In this document: piece after piece, positions 8,736 to 16,316 of the stretch | Numbering within the stretch: the stretch's first letter is position 1 | Layout: the number at the start of each line of letters is the position of its first letter | From: Bacteriovoracaceae bacterium | GTDB lineage: Bacteria > Bdellovibrionota > Bacteriovoracia > Bacteriovoracales > Bacteriovoracaceae | Assembly: GCA_018649885.1 (NCBI GenBank) | Contig: JABIHA010000127.1 | Location: forward strand, 50,238 to 70,237 | Direction of reading: 5' to 3' | DNA: 20,000 nt | Made by a program: the position numbers and the translations under genes | Notes under the pieces: generated by a model | Databases searched by the model: none | What the model was told of the DNA's origin: nothing | What the model saw: only the letters and a program-made list of their open reading frames with translations

Positions 8736-9999
8736 AGTAAACTTCGAAGTAATTAAACAAAATTGGAAAATACCACATGTGGACTAAAACCTCTGCAAGT
8801 CGGTTGTACTGGTAATATCCATAAGGGGTATAAGACAGGCAGCTAAAAAAGGCGTAGGCCATGGCCCACTTATTTTTTGTATATAGTGAAAATAGTAAAA
8901 ACCAAATTGTGTACCAGGGATTGAATACAGGTGAGAAAAATATCATGGAGCTGTGAAGGATCACTCCTGCTTCAAAAAAGGCACCTTTTTGCAGAGGCCT
9001 TGTCATCACTTTTAAATGCACAAGAGTCACGACCATTAAAAATGCTGCAAATGTAATCTGCCTCGCCAGTGGAATTTCTAGTTCAAGTAGATTAACTAAA
9101 AGTGAGTAAAATCCGGGAATCCATACCCAGTCCTTACTAAAACTGAGTACACCACTAAGTAAATTCAAATCAGTGATGTGGAACCAAAAAAATAGTCCAA
9201 GAGATAGGGGAATAAAAGCTGAAGCTAATATGCTCCTAACTTTGTTAATAGGTGTGGTTTTATTTGTAATAAAAAAAATAGGGAGAGTCACCACGCCAAT
9301 GAGTTTGCTCCAAAAGCTCATGAAATAAAGTCCATAGGTTAATAGCGTTCGTTTCCCATCTTTTTCCTTCAGCGCAAAAAGAGGTAATAGAAAAACTGCT
9401 GCAAAAAGATCTATATGAACAGCTTGAATATATTCTTTTTGTAAAAGAGGAAAAAATACACATAAGTAAAGAGCAGGCGTATTTCTTTTTGTGAAAAACC
9501 TAAATACTAAAGCAATCAGAAGTGCATTGAGGAGCATTAAACCCCGGAAAGCAAATTCGAAGGGGAGCTTGGCCACCAGGCTAAACCACAGTATTCCCAG
9601 CGGAGGATAAATCGTCGTGAGGTTGGAAAACCCAATACGATTTTTAGCCGCGTATTCGATATGTGACAGGGCCGCGTGGTCTGGGGATAGAAGGTAGGGG
9701 CTGAGGCCACTGGCCATAACTTTCCCCTCCCATATATAGCGGTAATGATCATTTTCAAAAATTGGTGAGTGAGAACACATTACCATTACCACACCGATGA
9801 AAAAGGCCACAGGTGAGAGTTCAAAATTAGTGGAGTGTTTTTTTAAAAGCACTAAGCACAAGGCCAGAAATCCAAAATTGTATAAGATGTAATAGATACC
9901 ACCAAAGTACTCCGGTCCCGGAGATTTTAGTGCGTAGGAAACTACTGCTAGGAAAAGTGCATTAAGTATCCAAAGAAAATTGATCTTATTTTTTGTCAT
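8683..9999 (-). CDS. GT-C-type (GT87-like) polytopic membrane glycosyltransferase; start ATG 9999 or 10005
   Basis: Many TM helices; ENDHYRYIWEG, TIYPPL, H.D, SPVFNPWY motifs. Confidence 0.75.
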   Translation of the reverse strand: MTKNKINFLWILNALFLAVVSYALKSPGPEYFGGIYYILYNFGFLALCLVLLKKHSTNFELSPVAFFIGVVMVMCSHSPIFENDHYRYIWEGKVMASGLSPYLLSPDHAALSHIEYAAKNRIGFSNLTTIYPPLGILWFSLVAKLPFEFAFRGLMLLNALLIALVFRFFTKRNTPALYLCVFFPLLQKEYIQAVHIDLFAAVFLLPLFALKEKDGKRTLLTYGLYFMSFWSKLIGVVTLPIFFITNKTTPINKVRSILASAFIPLSLGLFFWFHITDLNLLSGVLSFSKDWVWIPGFYSLLVNLLELEIPLARQITFAAFLMVVTLVHLKVMTRPLQKGAFFEAGVILHSSMIFFSPVFNPWYTIWFLLFSLYTKNKWAMAYAFFSCLSYTPYGYYQYNRLAEVLVHMWYFPILFNYFEVYFKKFYALLLPKRFFPAR

Positions 10000-10003
10000 A
10001 TCC

Positions 10004-10033
10004 ATTAGTGTGAAATATATGTAAATTGTGACA
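10004..10033 (-). promoter_or_regulatory. Putative ECF promoter, copy 3 (TGTCAC-N16-ACACTAAT), for the GT-C gene
   Basis: Minus strand tgtcac aatttacatatatttc acactaat; the -10 box overlaps ATG 10005. Confidence 0.65.
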
Positions 10034-10068
10034 CTTTTTCAAACGAGGTCGTAATTAGTAAAAAAGAT

Positions 10069-10779
10069 GTGATTGTCATTATCCCCGCCTTGAATGAAGA
10101 AGATTCTATCGGCTTGGTTTTACAAGAGATTCCCATGAAAAGGGTCAAACAAGTTATTGTTGTTAATAATGACTCAAGTGATCAAACAGCTTGTGTTGCA
10201 ACCAAGCATGGCGCTCATGTGGTTCATGAACCAATTCGTGGCTACGGTAAGTGTTGCCTGACAGGAATCGCTGAGGCCAGAAAAGATCCAGCTGACATAG
10301 TGGTTTTTTTAGATGGAGATTACTCTGATCACCCAGAGGAGATGGACCAACTCCTTTCTAAGCTTGATAGCGGATACGACTTTGTCATAGGAAGTAGAAT
10401 GCTTGGAAAAGCAAAGCCGGGGGCGCTTCTTCCTCAGGCCCGGTTTGGAAACTGGCTGGCCACAACACTTACTAAATGGTTTTTTGGAGGAGTTGCCTTC
10501 TCTGACCTGGGACCATTCAGGGCCATTAAGTGGAGCTCGCTTGAGAGAATAAAAATGTGCGATGAAGACTTTGGTTGGACTATGGAGATGCAAGTTAAGG
10601 CCATAAGCTTTGGGCTTAAATACACAGAAGTCAGCGTCAGTTATCGAAAGCGCGTAGGAGTTTCTAAAATTACCGGAACAGTCTGCGGAACTATCAAGGC
10701 CGGTTACAAAATTCTCTATACTATTTTTAAGTACCGCATTCTTAGTTGGATTAAATCAAGCTCATTTTCTTCAAAATAA
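10069..10779 (+). CDS. Glycosyltransferase family 2, DPM1/polyprenol-phosphate glycosyltransferase-like
   Basis: IIPALNEE, VNNDSSD, RGYG, FLDGDYSD, VIGSR, DLGPFRAI, GWTMEMQ, EV.V.Y..R.G.SK. Confidence 0.9.
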   Translation: MIVIIPALNEEDSIGLVLQEIPMKRVKQVIVVNNDSSDQTACVATKHGAHVVHEPIRGYGKCCLTGIAEARKDPADIVVFLDGDYSDHPEEMDQLLSKLDSGYDFVIGSRMLGKAKPGALLPQARFGNWLATTLTKWFFGGVAFSDLGPFRAIKWSSLERIKMCDEDFGWTMEMQVKAISFGLKYTEVSVSYRKRVGVSKITGTVCGTIKAGYKILYTIFKYRILSWIKSSSFSSK

Positions 10780-10793
10780 CAAATACATAGAGT

Positions 10794-10849
10794 AGCTTAC
10801 AGGGGAAGTGTCCCGATCTCTTTCTCGGGACGCTTTGTCCCCAAGGCTA
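10794..10849. other. Long GC-rich interrupted stem-loop (terminator or structured RNA)
   Basis: TAGCTT..GGGGA-AGTGTCCCGA-tctctttc-TCGGGACGCT-ttg-TCCCC-a-AGGCTA forms nested inverted repeats just after the GT2 stop. Confidence 0.5.
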
Positions 10850-10928
10850 TTGCCATCCTCAAATTCATTGACTAAAACTAAGTCAACTAGAAAACGGAAC
10901 GTAGTGTCCCGACAACTTTGGAGAAGAT

Positions 10929-11519
10929 ATGAAATACTTGGTTTTAACATTTGTAATGGTTGCATCTCTTATGGGAAGAGAGGCCCACGCCCTAACAGTA
11001 AGTGTTGCCCCGCTTAAAGCAAAAGCAGAAGTTTCAGCATTTGGCCTAACAATTAAAGCAAACGGTGAAGCGGCAGTTGTGCTAGCTGGCAAGATGGCAC
11101 AAGAGGCTGCGGAGATTGCAGGAATGACTATTAATACAGCAAAGGATGTAATTGTTCTCACAGGCAGTGAAGTTGATGAGTTCTTAAGAAATGCAGCAGG
11201 TGTTGGTTACGATGTTTCTAAGAGAGTATGGCTTGAAACTAAAGAAGTAGGAGAGTTTGCTCTTAATGTGGTGAGATCAGCTTACGAGTACCACAAGCTT
11301 GCAGTTAACTTTACTTACAAACAATCAAAAAAAGTTATTAAGAAACTTGGAAAAGGATTGAAAAAAATCAGCAAAAAAGGAGTTTATTTTATCTCTAGAA
11401 CTGGCGAGCGAACTTTAAAAACTGGAGAGGAAGTTCTTCTAACAGTTGTTTCAACTCCGGTTTACTTAGCTTGCTTGATTACTTATCCAATATTCAACTT
11501 TTGTGATCTTGATCTTTAA
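10929..11519 (+). CDS. Secreted helical hypothetical protein
   Basis: GGAG RBS; signal peptide ending AHA; Ala-rich amphipathic body, Lys-rich segment, hydrophobic tail with two Cys. Confidence 0.75.
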   Translation: MKYLVLTFVMVASLMGREAHALTVSVAPLKAKAEVSAFGLTIKANGEAAVVLAGKMAQEAAEIAGMTINTAKDVIVLTGSEVDEFLRNAAGVGYDVSKRVWLETKEVGEFALNVVRSAYEYHKLAVNFTYKQSKKVIKKLGKGLKKISKKGVYFISRTGERTLKTGEEVLLTVVSTPVYLACLITYPIFNFCDLDL

Positions 11520-11539
11520 AATTTAATAAACAAAAAATG

Positions 11540-11569
11540 AAAAGGGAGCTAGCTGGCTCCCTTTTTTTT
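11540..11569. terminator. Bidirectional rho-independent terminator
   Basis: AAAAGGGAGC-tagctg-GCTCCCTTTTTTTT between convergent genes. Confidence 0.9.
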
Positions 11570-11571
11570 AT

Positions 11572-12492
11572 TTAAAGTTTAAAATTGGTATTTAAGATTT
11601 GATTGCTCCAAGAAATCCTTTTTTGATCATTTATAGAGTAACCATACAGTGAATCACCTATCAGAGTGTATATGGCTTTTTGTTCAACTCTTTTTTCGAA
11701 GTCTTTATCAACATGTCCAGAATAATTTTCCACTACCATATGATAAAATTTACGATTAGATGCCCATATACAAGCAAAGTCTGCTGCTGGATCTCCAATG
11801 GCCATATCTGTCCAGTCGATAATTCCGGTGATCTTATTTTCTGCTCCCCCACAAATAATATGTTCAACACCTAAATCATTGTGAGTGAGAACCTTTTTTC
11901 CAAGAAAAGGTGTAATGCCCTTGTACTTTTCAAAGAGTATATTGAATTTATTCCATACACTTATTGGAATCATACCTTTCATTTCTTCAAGATTTTTTTT
12001 TGTCTCATCTCTAAAGTCTTTTGTAACTTCACTTCTTTCTTCAAAAATAGAGAGGTTTTCAATTTTTTTCAATGTATTCAAACTGTGCAAGGTCGTTAAA
12101 AAATCTCCCATGGTTTTTGCGTTAGCGATTGTTGCATATTGACTGGGAGGTATCTCGATAATGGGAGCACCTTCAATTTTTTTATAACCACCGATTGTAT
12201 TGGGGAAGACCTTCGAGGAATGAGAAATAAATGAATAATCTGGGGATAAAATGGGAAGCGAGTCGCTTAAAAGCTTCATCACCTCTAGTTCTTTGTTGAA
12301 TAAGGAGTTGTATTTGTCTCGTCTAGGAAAACGAAAGATAAATTCAGCGTTGATTTCAAAACAATTAAAATCCCATCCACTACCAAGAAATTTTATAGAT
12401 GATACTAAAAGTTCGGGAAAAGCTTCAGCCAGAATAAGTTTCGCCTTCGCACAATCCAAAGAATATTGATCTTCCCACTGCTTTGGGTCCAT
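11572..12492 (-). CDS. Aminoglycoside phosphotransferase (APH)/choline kinase family protein
   Basis: LGSGWD, FIFRFPR, E...L, HNDLGVEHI (Brenner motif), GIIDWTD...GDPAADF. Confidence 0.85.
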   Translation of the reverse strand: MDPKQWEDQYSLDCAKAKLILAEAFPELLVSSIKFLGSGWDFNCFEINAEFIFRFPRRDKYNSLFNKELEVMKLLSDSLPILSPDYSFISHSSKVFPNTIGGYKKIEGAPIIEIPPSQYATIANAKTMGDFLTTLHSLNTLKKIENLSIFEERSEVTKDFRDETKKNLEEMKGMIPISVWNKFNILFEKYKGITPFLGKKVLTHNDLGVEHIICGGAENKITGIIDWTDMAIGDPAADFACIWASNRKFYHMVVENYSGHVDKDFEKRVEQKAIYTLIGDSLYGYSINDQKRISWSNQILNTNFKL

Positions 12493-12500
12493 GGTATGCC

Positions 12501-13070
12501 TTACTCAATTCCCAGGAGTTTTTTTATTTCTGAGTCTGGTTTAATTTCACCAACCCGGTATTCAAGCATCTTTTTTCTCAATTGGTTGGGGTAATAACTA
12601 AGATGTATAAGAGTGCCAAATATATCTGATATTTCCATAGAGGTAATAACAAAGCCCGCTTTTAGCTTGGCTATAATAATAGGATTATTGGTAGGAGTGT
12701 GACGACTAAAAATTTCTTGAAAACCAAGGTCTTCGATTCTCGTCATCATCTCTTTTAAGAGTTTAGAATATAATCCTTTTCTTCTGTGCTTTGGTAAAAT
12801 TGCAGAGTTGCACATATAAAAACGAATATTTGATTCTTGATATCCCCAGCTCCATCCAACAAACTCATCACCACGATAAATTCCTAGGTTAATTCTTATA
12901 GGTTCACCAAGGTTGGACTTAAGCGAATTGGATTTTGCGAGCTCTTCTTCTGATAATGCATTTCTCAAACTAAAAATTTGGGACTCATCCTCAAATATTC
13001 TTTTGCCATGAGGAACCCAAAGTTCACCAAACTCTCGAGTCGAAATTTCTCTGATTTGATATTCACTCAT
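12501..13070 (-). CDS. GNAT family N-acetyltransferase
   Basis: SAILPKHRRKGLYS (motif A), N..I...LKAGF. Confidence 0.85.
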   Translation of the reverse strand: MSEYQIREISTREFGELWVPHGKRIFEDESQIFSLRNALSEEELAKSNSLKSNLGEPIRINLGIYRGDEFVGWSWGYQESNIRFYMCNSAILPKHRRKGLYSKLLKEMMTRIEDLGFQEIFSRHTPTNNPIIIAKLKAGFVITSMEISDIFGTLIHLSYYPNQLRKKMLEYRVGEIKPDSEIKKLLGIE

Positions 13071-13073
13071 AAT

Positions 13074-13298
13074 CTACTCTTTTTTTGCTTTCTTTTCAGC
13101 CCGCTTTACATTTTCAAGAAGCTCTTTACATGCAGGTTCATCCATTTCAAAAAGAGGATGACTCTTTGGCAGGTCTTTACTTGATGAATGGGCCTCCATG
13201 GCACTTAACCTATTTTTAATAGTAATTCGCAATTTTCTTAACTCTTTTTGATTCCAACTAGCGAGATCTGAAATGTCTTTAAGAGATATGTTGGCCAT
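13074..13298 (-). CDS. Small basic hypothetical protein; likely start ATG 13298
   Basis: AAGGA RBS before MANISLKD; 3-nt gap to the GNAT start suggests an operon. Confidence 0.65.
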   Translation of the reverse strand: MANISLKDISDLASWNQKELRKLRITIKNRLSAMEAHSSSKDLPKSHPLFEMDEPACKELLENVKRAEKKAKKE

Positions 13299-13467
13299 AT
13301 TAGTTCCTTTAATTTGTAAAAACAATGCACTGGATAAGTCGGATTCTAGTCAATTGAATAGAAGCAGGCAAGGGGAGTGGAAAGAATTTAAATTGATAAT
13401 ATGAGTAGGCCCAACCTTTTGTTTTTTAAGAGAAAACTCGCTATGTAGATTTAATATACCTGCTAAA

Positions 13468-13839
13468 ATGTATGAAAATGCTAAGCCGTACATGGATCGG
13501 GCCCTAAGTGGTGAAACTGTTCACTTTGAGATTGAGGCAAAAGACAAACTTTCCCTTAATCTGCAAGATGTTACCTACAGGGCTATCCCTTCAACAGGCG
13601 GAGCTGAGATCACAGTAGTAACTTTAAATCACTATATTAATAACACGCTAACTATTCTTCACAATAAGATAATGCATGCTCAAAAAACAGCTGTTCTAGA
13701 AGCTGTACAAAATGATTTGAAGGCCATGGATCAATCCATGAGAAAGGTGGTCAGTATTTTACAATCCCTTAAAGAATATAAAACCTTTGAAATCGAAGAT
13801 TACTTTGAAGATCTCAAATATTTTAAAATTGAAGAATAG
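13468..13839 (+). CDS. Partial PAS plus HisKA-like dimerisation segment with no HATPase domain
   Basis: RALSGE..FE...DVTY resembles the C-terminal half of a PAS domain; TVVTLNHYINNTL resembles the H-box HEINNPL. In-frame stop upstream at 13402. Confidence 0.5.
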   Translation: MYENAKPYMDRALSGETVHFEIEAKDKLSLNLQDVTYRAIPSTGGAEITVVTLNHYINNTLTILHNKIMHAQKTAVLEAVQNDLKAMDQSMRKVVSILQSLKEYKTFEIEDYFEDLKYFKIEE

Positions 13840-13857
13840 CACTACCTAAATTGAAGT

Positions 13858-13885
13858 TGCTGGCACTTAATTAAATGTGCCAGCA
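13858..13885. terminator. Hairpin between convergent genes, probable terminator
   Basis: TGCTGGCAC-ttaattaaat-GTGCCAGCA followed by TTTT. Confidence 0.7.
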
Positions 13886-13892
13886 TTTTAAA

Positions 13893-16004
13893 TTATTTTA
13901 GCAATTGGTAATACAAGCTTAGCGCCCTAATGGCTTCATATCGTCCACCCATACCATATCTACAGTATGAGATTTCTTTCACTAAAATTCCTGTGAATTC
14001 TGGTTCGTATACAGTTGGGTTCTTCTCAACGAAATCAACTAGCCAACGCACTCCTTTTTCAAGTGCTTTAGTGTATCTTGTGGGGCATCGATTTATGAGG
14101 CTAAGTACAGAACAGGTCTTGCTGTCTTTTTTGGCCATGCTCTCAAATCTCGCAAGCATTCTGATAGCCCATACTGTAGCTGTCATTGATGATTTAGCAC
14201 TGACAAAATACTTCTTTTGATCACTAATTGGATCTTCACCCCAGCCACCATCTATATTTTGTTTTTCAACTAACCACCTTACATGTCTCTGAGCTCGGTT
14301 GGCCTTAGTCCAGCATTTCGCGTCTAACAAACCAATTATTGCTTGAGTTGTGCCGTAAATGTAGTTAATACCCCAGTCACCTTCAACAATATCAATTCCA
14401 AAAAATGGTTTAAAGAGTTTACGTTCAAGGAAACTACAAGCACTATTTATTGTTGTTTTCAATTTGGGAGGATTGTAGCCAGTAGCATTTCTTGCGAACA
14501 CTAATCCTTCAAGAGCACGGGCCGTAACATCGGGTTGGCTTACATCGAAGTAGCTTGGAAGTCTTTTATCCATTTTTGCTATTTCACTTAGTAGGGTAGA
14601 CATTCCTTTTTCATATGCAGGAAATCCACCGTCACTATTTTGCATTCCAATTTCCCAGTCCATACCTTTTTTAATACTTTCTAACCAACGAGTGTTTGCC
14701 TTCCCAGCATCAAGAACAGGATTACTGGCCAAAGCCGTGAGCACCATTCCTGTATCATCGGTATCCGGGTAAAAAGTATTGGCATGTTGAAATCCCCATC
14801 CCCCTGGTTTTAAATCTGGTGCTGTAAATTTGTAGTCACCATCAACTATTGGTTGTAGCTTAATCAACCAATCAATGGCGCGGGCCTTGGAATTGAGTGG
14901 CAAAAGAGTTGTTTCAGTAATTTTTTCACTTTCAGCTATAACGGCCATCCCTCTGGCAGTGTCAACAATAGGGCCATCTGAAACCTGAAGGTAGCCTTCA
15001 CCTGAATCTGATTGATCAGCGTCAATCCACCAAGAATGAAACATACCATCCCACCCAGCTTTCATCTGGGCACTATAGTCAGCCACTCCAGCGCGGTCTG
15101 CCTCGTATAAGGCCCAAATAGACATCAAAGTGACATAGGGAACCCCGTACCAGGTGCCATCTTTTTCTTGTCGTTTTAATAAATATCCAAGACCTTCTTG
15201 GGCCCAAAAATCTTCTGGGTATCTGGAGAATTTCTTTGCAAGATTAATAGTCCCTTCGACAATGCTTTCAAAACCTGTGTTCAATATAAAACTTGGAAGC
15301 TCACTTACACCCAAAATTAATGAGCTTCCTTTTCCGAAAGCCTCCCCAGCAGAATCAATTCTACTTTGTTCAATTAAAGATCCCTTATGTCCTGACTCAT
15401 TAACTCTTTGATAGAAATTGGCAACGGCCAGTGGAACACCTGCTGAGCGGAAGGTCCCAATATTTATAATATTCATTGGTGTCCACTTTGGAAGAGCGAA
15501 AAATATGGGAGTCACTTTTGATACAAAAAAGTCTTTTTTAACTCCAGCAATGTGCAACATCCCTCTATGCAAAAAATGCAAATCAATAAGGCTTTTACCT
15601 TGAGCTCTCAACCAGTTCCACTCAGTTTTAAATTGATCAACACTGTCTACATCATAGTCTTTCAACATATGTAAAAGAGAATAGGTAATATGAAAATTAG
15701 TGGCCCCACCTGGATAAAGTGGCCATCCCGTTTTAGTTTTCCACTTCCAAGTGGTAACTCTTTTTAATAATTTTTGCTCTTGTTCACTCGTTATGAGTCC
15801 GGTTCTCTTCCCAACCATCAGTACCGCAGCTTCAGTCAGAGGATCCCCTTCAAACTCCCCTTGAAAATAACCATCAGAGCTCTGCTCTTTGGCCAAATCA
15901 TCTGCCAGTTTTAAAATACTGTCCTTTACTGTGGCTTTCATTGAATCAGCAAAGCTTGTTTGCATAAAAAATAATGCTATAAAAAGCACCAAAACCCTCT
16001 TCAT
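13893..16004 (-). CDS. shc: Squalene-hopene cyclase-like class II terpene cyclase with an N-terminal signal peptide
   Basis: GGWGFQ..N..YPDTDDT (DxDD); QW repeats QEKDGTW, QNSDGGF, QNIDGGWGE; DVTARALE; GDWGINYIYGT; GGAG RBS. Confidence 0.8.
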   Translation of the reverse strand: MKRVLVLFIALFFMQTSFADSMKATVKDSILKLADDLAKEQSSDGYFQGEFEGDPLTEAAVLMVGKRTGLITSEQEQKLLKRVTTWKWKTKTGWPLYPGGATNFHITYSLLHMLKDYDVDSVDQFKTEWNWLRAQGKSLIDLHFLHRGMLHIAGVKKDFFVSKVTPIFFALPKWTPMNIINIGTFRSAGVPLAVANFYQRVNESGHKGSLIEQSRIDSAGEAFGKGSSLILGVSELPSFILNTGFESIVEGTINLAKKFSRYPEDFWAQEGLGYLLKRQEKDGTWYGVPYVTLMSIWALYEADRAGVADYSAQMKAGWDGMFHSWWIDADQSDSGEGYLQVSDGPIVDTARGMAVIAESEKITETTLLPLNSKARAIDWLIKLQPIVDGDYKFTAPDLKPGGWGFQHANTFYPDTDDTGMVLTALASNPVLDAGKANTRWLESIKKGMDWEIGMQNSDGGFPAYEKGMSTLLSEIAKMDKRLPSYFDVSQPDVTARALEGLVFARNATGYNPPKLKTTINSACSFLERKLFKPFFGIDIVEGDWGINYIYGTTQAIIGLLDAKCWTKANRAQRHVRWLVEKQNIDGGWGEDPISDQKKYFVSAKSSMTATVWAIRMLARFESMAKKDSKTCSVLSLINRCPTRYTKALEKGVRWLVDFVEKNPTVYEPEFTGILVKEISYCRYGMGGRYEAIRALSLYYQLLK

Positions 16005-16253
16005 AATCTTCTCCAGGTAGTTTTTAATTTTTATTTTTTAAGTAGCGCTGGAACTGTTACACAGCTGAAAGGCATTGGTAGCTTCACTTGAATTATTTTC
16101 ACTGGAAGCAACGCTTCCGTTTCACAAGATGCGATTTTTCACTTTCCCATGCGCCCTCAAACATTTAATTTTTCACCACTTACGAATCCCCAAAAAGTCC
16201 TCCGAGAAGTTTTTGTCCAACAGAAGTTATTTAATTAGAACCGACCATTCTCC

Positions 16254-16281
16254 TCAAGTAACCTCCCTCTTTATCCGACAA
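16254..16281 (+). promoter_or_regulatory. Possible sigma28-like promoter
   Basis: TCAAGTAA-N12-TCCGACAA, 35 nt upstream of GTG 16317; same spacing as the 1773 site. Confidence 0.28.
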
Positions 16282-16316
16282 GCAAGAGTACTGAATTCTA
16301 AAATAGAGAGGGCTCT

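Noticed and set aside
10027..10056. Plus-strand ECF promoter for GT2 (TGTGAC...TCGTAAT)
   Set aside because: The -10 box does not match ACACTAA, and the -35 resemblance arises from overlap with copy 3.
14474..14505. TGTAGC...ACACTAAT inside the cyclase gene
   Set aside because: The spacer is 18 nt, the -35 box mismatches and it is antisense with no gene downstream.
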